Shown: positions 27,940 to 41,917, numbered from the stretch's first letter. The stretch is 64,000 bases of DNA from Eledone cirrhosa (GCA_964016885.1 OZ024754.1:44950001-45014000), one strand, 5' to 3'. Translations and numbers: made by a program. Notes: generated by a model not told the origin, from the sequence alone.

Positions 27940-27942
<3 letters not shown>
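27510..27942. mobile_element. Palindromic element with two 193-bp arms in TA-rich flanks
   Basis: Arms 27510-27702 and 27711-27903, 8-nt spacer, short one-sided tail. Confidence 0.7.
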
Positions 27943-27980
<38 letters not shown>

Positions 27981-27983
<3 letters not shown>

Positions 27984-28335
27984 TCTTCACAATCTCCGTC
28001 TGCGTTAGACTGCACTAAGATGACTTTCCAAATCTTCCTATTTTTCGTGATGTTGTTTAGTTCATATAGATGTAGACCAAATTATTAATAGGCATTGTCT
28101 CGCCACCACCTTTGTGGCCTACCCTTATTTCTTTTATCCTGAATCATATCCCCAGTAGATGTTTTAGAAAGACCTTTTGTGAAAGTTCGTGAGGGTTTTG
28201 GTTTTGATCATGTACTATAACAAGTTTAACAGCTTTTAGTAGATCCACAACTTTTGTACGGTCGAGTAGTTTTTGGTTTGTCATGAACCTCTCAATATAG
28301 CTTTGAAAGGTCTCACTTTTACTAATAATGGAAAT
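27981..28335 (-). mobile_element. RTE-like LINE 3' end, degenerate
   Basis: Reverse frame contains KRNKGRPQRWWRD. Confidence 0.6.
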
Positions 28336-28336
28336 G

Positions 28337-28390
<54 letters not shown>

Positions 28391-28396
<6 letters not shown>

Positions 28397-28599
28397 AAGT
28401 ATGAATTCCTACGTGTAAAAAATACATATAGGGAAACAAGTATTATCCAACCGTATGCCAATGTGGTTCTATGGAGGGTTAATAAATTAACAAGCCAGAG
28501 TTCTGGCTTGTTAATTTAGTAACCCACATTGGCATACGGTTGGATAATACTTGTTTCCCTATATGTATTTTTTACACGTAGGAATTCATACTTTATTAT
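28391..28599. repeat. Palindrome with about 100-bp arms next to (TA)n
   Basis: Centre AAGCCAGA-GT-TCTGGCTT. The left arm carries a short insertion. Confidence 0.8.
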
Positions 28600-29015
28600 T
28601 ATTGATCTTCCCCTAAGGTAGAGATAAAATTTTTGCCGTTTGGACTGCTGCTATTTCTAGTGGCAGGACATTGACCTGTCCACCCTGCCTTTTGTCTTTG
28701 CACACGGCACCAGACAGAATTATTTCTTTCATCATTCGCTCTCATTTGGGAATGGTTTTGTATGGCGTCAGTTTGTGATTTGAACTCGGGAATTTTATAT
28801 TCTCCGAGGGAGAAGAGCCTTCTGAAGATTGGGCCATTCTCAATGGAAATCCGCTTGGATTTTCCGTTTATTCTGGAGCATGAAACCGCGGTAAAGGCAC
28901 ATATAGTAAGTACAGCGAATTTTTTTTTATTTATTTTAAAACTTTATATATATATATAGGAAAAGAGTCAGGATCCCCACGGCTGAGCTCCGGCCGTTTC
29001 GACAGCTAGATCCGA

Positions 29016-29074
<59 letters not shown>

Positions 29075-29173
29075 CAAAAAGGATATTTAATTTGTTGGTA
29101 ATTCAACAAAAATATATCTTTATGACTGATTCGAAGCACTCGACAATTTTTCTGGAGTATAATATCAATGATA

Positions 29174-29258
<85 letters not shown>

Positions 29259-29411
29259 AGCTGATGATTCACTCCTTCGTTACTCAGAGTTTCCCGCCAC
29301 GTGCGATCGTTCAGGTGAAAAAGTCATACGAATTGTGACCGAGTGAATCATCAGCTGTTTTCCCAATACACACACAACATACATCATATATATACATATA
29401 TATATATATAC

Positions 29412-29454
<43 letters not shown>

Positions 29455-29575
29455 GCAAGCTGGCGCCAAGTGCTGTACTGAGACGAGAGTTAAAAAGAAG
29501 TTTTGGAAACTAAGAAGTGAAGTGAACATGCAACCGATTACACCCAATCACCTGTATCGTGTGTACCTTTCAGTC

Positions 29576-29631
<56 letters not shown>

Positions 29632-29832
29632 ACACAGGACTAGTTCACTCTTCACCACACCTGGTGGAGACTTTATGAATGAGAGAAATCAGTATTGAAA
29701 GTCAGGCACCCGTGAAATGTTAAACACAGACTTCATTCATATGTAATGTTTTGTTGTCTAAATTGTCCTCTCTATATGTTTCATGTGTGAATGTCTGGCT
29801 TTACTCTACATATATTCCTCTTCTCCCAGCCC

Positions 29833-29871
<39 letters not shown>

Positions 29872-29872
29872 C

Positions 29873-29959
<87 letters not shown>

Positions 29960-30227
29960 CGTACTAAACTAAAACAAACTTTAAGACAAGTCTAAGTATG
30001 TTTACATGTACATTCATATTCATATATCAATACGCATGATATGTATAAATATTCATATATGCATACTCCTATACACACACAAACACACACACGCACACAC
30101 ACACTCATACGCAATCACACACACACATGTATATATATATATATATACATATGCATATTCCTCACACATGCACTCATTCACACATATGCTATATATTATA
30201 TATATAAAGATGAAAGACAAAGTTAAC

Positions 30228-30345
30228 CTGAGTTCAAATCCCGCCGAGGTTAACTTTGCCTTTCATCCTTACGGGGTCGATAAAATAAAGTACCAGTAAT
30301 ACACTGATATAATTGCTGGCCTTGTGCCAAAAGTAGAAACAATTA
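30228..30345 (+). mobile_element. SINE (major family)
   Basis: CTGAGTTCAAATCCCGCCGAGGTTAACTTTGCC core. Confidence 0.8.
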
Positions 30346-30370
30346 TATATATATATATATATTATATATA

Positions 30371-30403
<33 letters not shown>

Positions 30404-30449
30404 GTAACAATGATTATCAAGACCAAAATCTAAAGTGTGCCCAATAATG

Positions 30450-30524
<75 letters not shown>

Positions 30525-30731
30525 ATATATGTTTATCTTATCAAAACTAGAACAAAGCTGAGACCAGGAAATATTTGGAATGATATAAAGCTATGTAACA
30601 AGCTTTCTATTGTTTTGCGTAATAAAAATGTTAAAAGATAGATAATTGTAGAAGAGGAAGGAGTGAATGACTAAAACACTTGACTCTGACAGAGATTGTC
30701 GGCCTTACACTGTACATATATCAACAAAATA

Positions 30732-30910
30732 ATTGTTTCTACTTTAGGCACAAGGCCAGCAATTACCCAGTGCATTACTGGTACTTTATTTTATCGACCC
30801 CGTAAGGATGAAAGGCAAAGTCAACCTCGGCGGGATTTGAACTCAGATCGTAAAGGGACGTAACTATGCTGGAAAGCATGGCGTCCGACCCTCTACCGAT
30901 ACTGCCAATC
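30732..30910 (-). mobile_element. SINE (major family), near full length
   Basis: Reverse complement of 44365-44552. Confidence 0.85.
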
Positions 30911-31164
30911 CACAACAAAATAATACGTCAGTGCCTGTGTCAGTATGTATGTTTGTGTGTGAGTGCAATATGTATATGTATATTTATTTATATATATATA
31001 TATATATATACCCACCCCCACCTCCATACGCCTTACACCCTTTCATCACTTGTTTCATTTTAATTTTTTGCCCCTCTTTTTAATTTTTTCCTTCCCTTTA
31101 TCCCCCCCCACCCGCCCCCAGATTTTAATGTCTTTCCACCACTCCCCTTCACACCCTCGGAACT

Positions 31165-31281
31165 TTTCTCCTGATGAAGGGCTCATGCCCGAAACGCCCC
31201 CCCCCTCACTCTCAAGCGTGAACCTAATACTAACACTTTGTACTGCACTCTTCGTTATTGTGTTTGTTTTCCGTTTTAACT

Positions 31282-31282
<1 letters not shown>
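31165..31282 (+). mobile_element. Family F hammerhead element with disrupted cleavage site
   Basis: CTGATGA-a-gggc.tcat.gccc-GAAA-cg followed by poly-C. Tail TCAAGCGTGAACCTAAT is shared with 54133-54253 and 59170. Confidence 0.6.
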
Positions 31283-31320
<38 letters not shown>

Positions 31321-31329
<9 letters not shown>

Positions 31330-31871
31330 TAAAAAAATAATGAATAAAACAAAGAAACAGTTCCTTATATTAAACAAAAAAAGTTCATTATTTAACGATC
31401 GTTTCTAGGACATATATGTGTTAGAATTGGCATGCATACTCAACAGATCTATGTACAAAATTATACAAACTATCAAGGAGAATATACATACCATCACATA
31501 TATATGCTGTCTTCAGAAATAATGAATTATTTCTGAAGACAGCATATATATGTGTTGGTATGTATATTAAATTTGATAGTTTGTATAATTTTGTATTATT
31601 TTGTACATAGATCTGTTGAGTATGCATGCCAATTCTAACACATATATGTCCTAGAAACGATCGTTAAATAATGAACTTTTTTTGTTTAATATAAGGAACT
31701 GTTTCTTTGTTTTATTCATTATTTTTTTAATATTTTATCTTGACTCTGTATTCCGTTTATCTTTCACCGAAAGTGATTTTTGAATGCATCTCTTCTTTCC
31801 ATGATATCCGGATTACATTGAGTTCTTCATACGGATTGGACACTACCGTAAACTTTTGGTAGATTTATCTA

Positions 31872-31876
<5 letters not shown>
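31321..31876. mobile_element. Palindromic element with about 205-bp arms and a long-stem-II hammerhead
   Basis: Arms 31321-31523 and 31526-31738, tail to about 31876, (TA)n on both sides. Confidence 0.75.
31527..31671 (+). ncRNA. Type I minimal hammerhead with about 114-nt stem II
   Basis: ttattt-CTGAAGA(31533)-cagcatatatatgtgttgg...ctaacacatatatgtccta-GAAA(31654)-cgatcg-TT-aaataa. Loop III is palindromic (GATC). Confidence 0.65.
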
Positions 31877-31925
<49 letters not shown>

Positions 31926-32684
31926 GAACAAAGAATGAGTGTTGCATCATATACATATATATATGTATATATATTACATATATATACATATATATATATA
32001 TATAGGAAAAGAGTCAGGAACAAGACGGCTGAGCTCCGGTGTTTCGATAGCTAGTGTATGTGCGTGTGTGTATGTGCGTGTGTGTGTGTATGTGTGTGTG
32101 TGTGTGTATACAGTATATATATACTCGGTGTTTGCATTTTTACATGTGATTTGGAAGATACTTGATGTAAAATATTGTGATAAAAGAGATATTGTTAAAC
32201 ATTGAGAGGCATTCCGCCAATAGAAACATCGACACTAGTTGAGTTTCCCTTTCATTTAGTTATTAGTCGGGTAAACACTTCATTCCTTGGTTAGTAACAA
32301 CAGATGCTTATTTAATTGTTAAAGCTCTTTCGTCACACATCCTCTTAGTTTTTCAATGACTATTTTGACCTCATGTGCCACCTCCATGTTTTGATTGTGT
32401 TCTAGTTACGCACAAACATATACACACACACATACATATATACACACAGACACGTTCACTTTGGTGGCATATATACATACATATATATATGTATATACAC
32501 ACAGACATATATATTATATATGTATATATATATATATATATATATGGAAAAAATTCAGCGTCCCTGTTGAAACGCCTGGAGCTCAGCCGTTGGGTTCCTT
32601 AATTTTTCCATAATACCTACTGTACTACCCCAAGTATTGAGTACTTTGGTGAATAATGGTCTAACTGGTTTTTCCCACCTCCAA

Positions 32685-32756
<72 letters not shown>

Positions 32757-32781
32757 GTGTCAAACAATATTCAATGATTAT

Positions 32782-32834
32782 ATTTTGTCTGACGAGGACG
32801 TACTGTTGTACATCCGAAATATGTATAATAAAAT
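32782..32834 (+). ncRNA. Type I minimal hammerhead (family A, solo copy)
   Basis: attttgt-CTGACGA-ggacgtac.tgtt.gtacatcc-GAAA-tatgta-TA-ataaaat. Confidence 0.8.
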
Positions 32835-32874
32835 GTAATTGATCAAAAGAACATCTATTTTATTAATACTTATA

Positions 32875-32939
<65 letters not shown>

Positions 32940-33282
32940 CGTCAGCAAATTCAGCATCTGAAGTCCTGGTGTTTCTCCAGTGCAAGGTGCATACAACAGT
33001 CCGCTGCAATGATGAAAAGGTGTAATGACATGGGCTCTGGTGTTGGTGTAGAGCAGTGATATTAGATTTACTACCTTCTTGTGGATTCTATAAGCCTGTA
33101 AGTTCTTAATCAGGCAGTCTCGGTTCACAGAATTAATGGCTTTCCTGAAGTCAATGAAAACCATGACAGCAGGAAGGTACTTTGCTCTAGCTCCCTCTAA
33201 AATTCTCCTCAGCATCAGGATGTGACTGGTGGTTGATCTTCCCCCTCTGAAGCCGTTCTGGTTGTCCCTGAGCTTCTTCTTC
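32940..33282 (-). mobile_element. RTE-like LINE reverse transcriptase fragment
   Basis: LRDNQNGFRGGRSTTSHILMLRRILE...MVFIDFRKAINSVNR. Confidence 0.85.
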
Positions 33283-33476
33283 ATTTTATTAAAGGCTGAT
33301 TAGTGAGTCTTGCTACTCCGGAGTTTCGCTTGTTTATCACAGGCTCATCAAACAAGTGTCCTGTGATGAACAGGCGAAACTCCAGAGTAACAAGACTCAC
33401 CACCCAGCCTTAATAAAATGAATATTATAACTCTACTTCGGTATTGAGTACTCCTTTCTCTCAGCCGTCAACCTCA
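33281..33476. mobile_element. Family D palindromic hammerhead element
   Basis: Arms 33281-33343 and 33360-33421. Minus-strand hammerhead 33309-33356: cttgt-TTGATGA-gcctgt..acaagc-GAAA-ctc.cg.gag-TA-gcaag. Confidence 0.65.
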
Positions 33477-33618
33477 TATATATATATATATATATAAATA
33501 CATAATTTCTTTCAACAGAGCCACAATTCCCAAGTTTGATCAATCTACTTTTAACAGCCGTATCTCTTCCTATGTGGTTAAATCTTCCTGTCTACACTCC
33601 ACACACACACACACACAC

Positions 33619-33664
<46 letters not shown>

Positions 33665-33763
33665 AACACTCATTCACTCATTCTCACATACCTGCAGATA
33701 TACACATGAATAATTTGCACACACACACATACACACACACACACATACACTCACACACACATG

Positions 33764-33802
<39 letters not shown>

Positions 33803-34114
33803 GTATGTACGTGTGTGTTTGTATGTGTGTGTGTGTGTGTGTGTGTATATGTATGTATATGTATGTGTGTGTAACATATGGAGTCAGTATTTTCAACACT
33901 TCGTCAATAATGTATATTGGTTATTTCCTGTTTGGACAGTCATGTGACAATATCATTAAATCCATCTCCATATCTCTCTCTCTATGTATTTTACTCTCTC
34001 TCCGTCACCCCTCCCTCTCTCTCCTCTCTTTCCTCTCTCTTTCTTTCACTCCCTTTCCTCCTCTTTCTCTTGTTCTCTCACCCTCTCTATCAACCTCCCT
34101 ATCTCTTTATCTTG

Positions 34115-34146
<32 letters not shown>

Positions 34147-34625
34147 TTTATATTCTCTTTCCCTCCCTCTCTCTCTGTGTATCCTAGTTTCTATAACACT
34201 ACCCACTATGCTAATAGTAACTTAACTATTGTTTTTCATGCTGATGGCGCCTCTGAATAATTAACTTTAGTGATTTGATTTCGTTATTTATCTATTAAAA
34301 TATATTACAGTTTTCACATCTCCTCGTGTACAATATTGTGTAAGTAATTAGCGATTCCTTTATAATTACTTCTGCAACTATTTTGTAGTCTATGCATCGC
34401 TAATGAGATTCAACAAGGTAAAAACATGCCTTAAGTTATTTTCTATACATACTGATGTAATTAAATCACATTAGTCATCCTGTTAATATGTCTTATTTTC
34501 CCTGTATAAGTATTTTCAATATGGCTGCCTTTCTTTAATGCTTAACATTAATATATTAACATTCACTTAACTATTGTAATTCAGAAGGTTGGCATCTCTA
34601 ACTAAGTAATCTCAGTAACTTATTT

Positions 34626-34718
<93 letters not shown>

Positions 34719-34742
34719 TGTATGTATGTATGTATGTATGTA

Positions 34743-34787
<45 letters not shown>

Positions 34788-34876
34788 CACCAAGCGTCAA
34801 CCTAGTATAACTCTATAAAATTGCCTCCTGTGTTTTGTTTGTTCCATTTATTAACTATATATATATATATAAAGAG

Positions 34877-34961
<85 letters not shown>

Positions 34962-36119
34962 GAGAGAGAGAGTGAGAGAGAAAAAAGAGAGAGTGAGATA
35001 GATAGAGAGAGAGAAATGACTTCTACAGTACGAGAACTGTTTCATTCGTTATGATTTCATACAAAGAAAACAATAGAATATTTTTTTCTCTATGAAATAT
35101 ATTTATAACTTCTATACGAATATACAGAGTATTGAGTTCCTTATTTAACTGTGGTTCTCTTCTGTTCTTCTTCAGGAAACCATTCCTAATTACACACACA
35201 CATGCATACACACACATACACACACATACACACAGACAGACATACACATACATACACATACACACGTAAACGACACATCGGTATCGAACCTGCAGCCATC
35301 ATTGTTGAGATATGACCGAAGGTTTTAGAGACCACATGCCCCATACAAGCTTTCTGGTTTTGTTTATTATTCTCATTCCTCTTATTGTTATTGTTATTGT
35401 AATTTTATATTAGTAGGGATGTGAGTCACTCAACAGAATATATTTGTGGATATATATGTATTTATACAGGTATAGTTACGGACATATACCTATTTATATA
35501 GGTATATTTACGGACATATACCTATTTAATGCCTTAATTCCCAGGCAAGTGACTTTAAATTCTTTCAACTATGATGTGTAGTATTTCATTCTCTGTAATA
35601 GAATTCAATCATTCTATTTGTTATTTTTATTGTGTGAAAATTAATAAAACTGAAGTAAATTTAATAACTTCTCTTCACTATAATTGTATTTCATTGAGAA
35701 GACTCAGGTTTCTTAATGTTTTGATCGCATAAACGATAGTTAAGATCGGAAACTTTTGACAAAACAAAACACTATTTTGTTGATTTCTCTGAAAATACTG
35801 AGAAGAAATCCCAAGCGATATTGTTAAGGGATTCAACAAGTTCTCTTGTTGAAGTTCTTATTTCCGGGGATCATTTAGTAAAGAAAAAAAGAAATTGAAA
35901 AGAAATTAAACTCCTTTAAGAATTGTTAGAATGTAATAAAAATATTATGACATTTTAATGTTTATTTTATTTGTGTATTTTATTTGTGTATTTTATTTGT
36001 GTATTTTATTTGTGTATTTTATCCATGTATTTATTTCAGTTCTTTGCAGAATTGAAGCCGCTCACTAACAAAGTGACAGGTCTTTTAAGTTGCAAGGATT
36101 TGTATATAATCATTGAACT

Positions 36120-36168
<49 letters not shown>

Positions 36169-36199
36169 ACTTGTACTAATATTATGAGCTGACATATAG

Positions 36200-36311
36200 A
36201 TTGGCAGTATCGGTAGAGAGCCGGACACCATGCTTTGCAGCATAGAGTTACGTTCCTTCATGATCTGAGTTCAAATCCCGCCGAGATTAACTTTGCCTTT
36301 CATCCTTACGG
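36200..36311 (+). mobile_element. SINE (major family), 5' part
   Basis: TTGGCAGTATCGGTAGAG...GAGTTCAAATCCCGCCGAG. Confidence 0.8.
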
Positions 36312-36768
36312 AAGTAGCAAACTGGTGACAATAAACATACCTTTATATTTGACTTATAACAAATCTCTCTTTATATCTCCTCCTCCTCCTACTTTTTTTA
36401 AAAATTTTTCCCCAATTTATCTTCCTCTCACCGCTCTCCCCTTATTAAAAAAAACCCATATTTTTATCATTCACTGACTCATAACTTTATTTAAAGTATC
36501 ACATTTTCTGTAGTTTTGCTAGGTTGGTGTCGGGTTTATAGTGAGATATGATTAACAATGTAGACATATGGAAGAGTGTGAGAAAATATAGTCAGTGGTA
36601 AGGAATGGTATGGTACCAATTGTAACCAAGGTAGGCATTTCGTGACTAATGTTAGAGTCAGAACAGACATACTGATACAAGGTTCCCTTAAACACATAAC
36701 ACATATACCTGCGAATGTGTGGATTTGTGTGCCTAAATTGGTATATATATATAAATACATATACATAC

Positions 36769-36849
<81 letters not shown>

Positions 36850-37063
36850 TATGTAATTGAATTCGGGTGAATAACGAAAAAATTGATAGAGTTCAAATCA
36901 TTTATTCAACTCTGTAAAGACTTTGGTTATTCATTTCAATAGAATTATTATGCTTTGTATTACCTTGACTAACACGTTGAGGAAGTTGAACGTACTTGCT
37001 AATAAATGGAGTGCTAAAGGCATTTCCGTTGATCTCTCTCACCCCCCCCCCCCCCTTTGTATA

Positions 37064-37104
<41 letters not shown>

Positions 37105-37223
37105 CTTTCCTTTACCTTTCCTACGGTAACACTTTTTATATATATATATATATATATAGTTCTACCAAACTCGTCCCATGGACTGAGTGCTCTACTACTA
37201 CGGATATAACCCTCCAGTGTTCT

Positions 37224-37309
<86 letters not shown>

Positions 37310-37319
37310 GTGTGTGTGT

Positions 37320-37690
37320 ATATTATTGTTGAAGAGATTGATGGAAGATATTTGTCCTACAGTCATCCCTGAATCACAAAGTGGCTTTAGATCTGATAGA
37401 GGGACGATTGTTATGATTCTCTCAGCAATACACATACAGGTGAAATGTATTGAGCAGCGGATTCCTCTGTATCAGGTTTTTGTTGATCTGACAAAGGTCT
37501 TTGATGCGGGGAACAGAGGTGCGCTGGGGAAAATATTAGGAAAAATAGGGTGCCCACCAAAGTTTATTGATATGTTCGTCCAACTGCATAGAAATATGAA
37601 GGCTAGGGTTGTCTTGAATGGAGAATTGTGCAATGAAATCTCAGTTGAAAATGGTGTGAAGTAGGGAGATATCCTGGCTCCCCCACTTTC
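37320..37690 (+). mobile_element. RTE/BovB-like LINE reverse transcriptase fragment (defective)
   Basis: [13 protein letters not shown]...FVDLTKVFD...GCPPKF...NGVK*GDILAP, with a stop codon in the QG motif. Confidence 0.88.
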
Positions 37691-37809
37691 TTTCTCTCCT
37701 TATTCGTCCATCTCACATTGTTGTGGTTTTCAAACTTCAAATTTTATATATACGGTATGTATATATATATATATATATACAGTTACACACACACACACAC
37801 ACACACACA

Positions 37810-37916
<107 letters not shown>

Positions 37917-38155
37917 CATATTTAAAATGGTGGGGAGAACAGCAAAAATTTATGAATACATATACATATTTAAGGGCTACCAAGTTGTTTCAAATATTGC
38001 ACAGTAAAAGTGGACATTGATGTTGAGATATCGAATAAAAATCGATATTAGTCCATTGAAAATAAATAAATATGTCAATATTATCTTCAGAGCCTAAAAA
38101 ATTTTTTTTATATAACATATTGATTCATAAATTTAAACCATTAGTATGAAATATA

Positions 38156-38187
<32 letters not shown>

Positions 38188-38378
38188 GGAAAAAGTATGA
38201 CCCCGACGGTAGAGCTCAAGCCGTTTCGACGGCTATTTGTGGACTCAGAAATAGCCGTCGAAACGGGTTGAGCTCTGCCGTCGGGTCATACTTTTTCCTA
38301 TTTCCCACTCTACTACCCTTAGTATTGAGTTCTCTGGTGCGTTATGGTCCATTTGGTTCCTTACCACAATTCCTTTGT
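38188..38378 (+). mobile_element. Family B palindromic element
   Basis: Inverted arms centred near 38243 within the predicted stem II, then tail, with (TA)n flanks. Confidence 0.7.
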
Positions 38379-38390
38379 TATATATATATG

Positions 38391-38450
<60 letters not shown>

Positions 38451-38454
38451 TATT

Positions 38455-38507
<53 letters not shown>

Positions 38508-38642
38508 AACATGGGAAGAAAGAGGTAAACTGCGTGGTTGCACATGGGTTACATATTATAAAATTATTCCCTCATCAGTGATTTGCCAACCATCATTGGT
38601 ATTTCATCGCATTAAAAAAATATAGATATATATATATAAATA

Positions 38643-38673
<31 letters not shown>

Positions 38674-39444
38674 ATATTAAATGAGTGATTGTTCTACAGG
38701 CGTGGGTGGGCGGAGTTATTTTCACTGGATGGCGTGATTGATATTAGATCTTTATTTCGTGGATCTCACAACATCCAACAAAACAAGTAGTTAACAACCG
38801 GTTCTCGTTAAATACAAAAACAATGTTAATCGGTTCGTGCGAACGAGGTTCATCTCATCACTGTGTGTGTATATATGTATGGACACACATACTCACACAT
38901 ACTCATACATATATATATATATATACAGAGATGTATATAATATATGTATACATATTTATGCAAAAACATATATATGCATATATACATTTACACACACAGA
39001 TTTACACACACGCACACAGGATTAATCAGTAGTAGTAATAACATAATATTATTGATAATCGAAAAATTCGACGGGATTCGAACTCAGAGCACTGGGAAGT
39101 GAGATAAATACCGCAAGACATTATTTCAGATTCTCCAGTTAATTCGCCATCTTAAAAGAAAGACAAGTTCCCCCTCAAATATTTGGAATTTTCTATATTT
39201 AATACTGCAAGTATCTGTCCTCCCACGTATTCTTTTTATAAATTAATAGCTACCCTATTTTCCTATAGACACCCCGACACTTTAAACATACATTCTGCCT
39301 CTTACACACACGACAACAGGATTATCCGCTTCCTACCATTCTATAGATATAGCTGCACACCAATTCCAACACTACACCAACCACCTAGAAACATATCTCA
39401 AAATATATAAACTAAAATTAGCAGAAGCAACCAATTTAACTTAG

Positions 39445-39548
<104 letters not shown>

Positions 39549-39612
39549 GTTGCTATGTGTGATATATATATATCTAATATATCTATATATATATATATTT
39601 ATATATATATAT

Positions 39613-40112
39613 ATTTCGTTTCTGAATTTGTTTAGCAAGATTCTTTATCTGAAAACCTGTGTTGAAACCGATATTGTTATGCTTTGGGAGGGTCATGTTG
39701 CCAATAAGAAACACACGCACAGTTGCTTTCACTCCAATTTATTATAAATTAAATTTATAAATTTAAGAATTTATAAATTTCCTGTTGATTGGTTCCATAA
39801 CCAGACGGTTGTTCATATATTGTCAAAGTTCTTTCGTCACACATTCTGTGACCTCTTCAGTGACTGGGGATTCTTTTCTTTGTTTTGTGCCTCTCCTTTG
39901 TTCTGTCCTACGCCATCTTGTTTTTTTTTTGTGAATGTGGGACGAAAGAACTTTGACAATATATGAACAACCGTCCGGTTATGGAACCAACCAACCAACC
40001 GGAAATTTATAAATTATTAAATTTATAAATTTAATTTATAATAAATTGGAGTGAAACAACTGGTGCGTGTGTTTCTTATTGGCAACATGACCCTCCCAAA
40101 GCATAACAATAT
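39613..40112. mobile_element. Family G palindromic hammerhead element
   Basis: Arms about 39671-39846 and 39933-40112. Relatives at about 32190-32400, 41670-41978 and 49897-49936. Confidence 0.7.
39822..39864 (-). ncRNA. Type I minimal hammerhead
   Basis: gtca-CTGAAGA-g-gtcaca.gaatg.tgtgac-GAAA-gaac-TT-tgac. Confidence 0.7.
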
Positions 40113-40325
40113 ATATATATATATATATATATATCACAGAGAAGATAAAAATACTACAAATTATTTACAACACCACAACAACATCAACAGAACACATCAT
40201 GAAAAACACAGACAAAAACGCCTTAAAAAACATACAGAAACACACTTAGTCAGAACGCTTAGTTAATATAAAGAAACAATAAAACTAATTTTCACAGCAG
40301 TATACGAGACTCATCATGGATTAAG

Positions 40326-40362
<37 letters not shown>

Positions 40363-40535
40363 TGTTCGCCCTAACATAGCTGTATACATATAAGTAGGCA
40401 TATTTTGTATAATTAGAGATATATGGTATGTTTACGAATAAACATTTTGAAATCCTTCAGCCATGAAGATGAAAACTCATGACGTAGCTCCATCTACCGG
40501 ATTCCAGCAGAAGCAAAGAGTGAGTAACTGACGAC

Positions 40536-40569
40536 GACGACATAGTTTCTAACTGGTCGTTATCAAGTC
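40536..40569 (-). ncRNA. Candidate minimal hammerhead with U3-A8 core variant
   Basis: gac-TTGATAA-cgaccagtta-GAAA-ctatg-TC-gtc, between two direct repeats of about 105 bp. Confidence 0.4.
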
Positions 40570-40851
40570 AATGCTCCCTTATCCTGCTACCTGGCGAATA
40601 CCTATAGTTTTGACACCTATGTACATGGACTGATTATTCTCATTTGCATATAGAGTTATTGGCTGGTTCAACCGGAAAATAAGATTAAGGTGTTTGCTCT
40701 AGCATAGCTATATACATATAAGTATGCACATTTTGTATATCTAGCGATATACGGTTTGTTTATGAACAAACATTTTGAAAGCCTTCAGCTAATAGTATAT
40801 ATATATATACTGTATATATATATATATATATACACACACATATACTGTATA

Positions 40852-40922
<71 letters not shown>

Positions 40923-40933
40923 CTCATATACTG

Positions 40934-40965
<32 letters not shown>

Positions 40966-41380
40966 CGCACACACACATACACACATAACACATATGTATG
41001 TATATATCTCCACATGGTGTGATGATAAGAAGAAAGTTATTTTGTATAAAACACTATCATATCACACGAACAGTCAGATATATATTAATTTAACATCTAC
41101 ATCCTTAAAATGAATATTGAGAAAAATATATCTAGCAGAAATAAGGATACAAAATAATCCTACTTAAATACAGTCACCGCTGGAATACTCAAATTGCACG
41201 CAGGAATTCTGAAATTTCCTCCCTGGGGAAATAACCCCACCCCCTTCAAAGCATTAGATAACGTAGATTTAGACACCCTAAAAAAAGACGGGATGGTGAA
41301 GGATGGAATGCCTTTGATCGTAGGTTTACATCATTTATCATTTAATTGAGACTTTGTAAGTAAGTAGATAAGGGTCCTGA

Positions 41381-41451
<71 letters not shown>

Positions 41452-41876
41452 AATACACACACACACACACCTACAGACTCCCCACATATAGGATATAAAA
41501 CAGTGTACAGGCACCAACATTTACTGGAGACAAATAAATAATCTATATATATTTATTGATATGCATCGTTCCACCGAGTTTCATACAAAAATCAATAAAC
41601 GATACGAAACCAAGCTAATTCACGTAAGATTGATGGGAGAAATATATATATACATATTTATATATATTGTTATACTTGGGGAGGGTCATATTTGTGTAAT
41701 ATTGCCAGAATTAATAACAGAACACACTCACTGTTTGGTTGGTTTTCGCTTCTCGCTGTCTTTTATATCTGTAATCTAGCTTACTCGGTCCTCAATGTTG
41801 CCATTGACTGACCGACGGTCAAAAATAATACAGATACAATATAGACACAAACACATATATATAGTTTACATAATTT

Positions 41877-41917
41877 ACATAAATCTTTCGTTGCACATCT
41901 GCAACATCGTCAGTGGT
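41877..41917 (-). ncRNA. Family G hammerhead with weak stem I
   Basis: CTGACGA-t-gttgca.gatg.tgcaac-GAAA-gat-TT. Confidence 0.55.
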
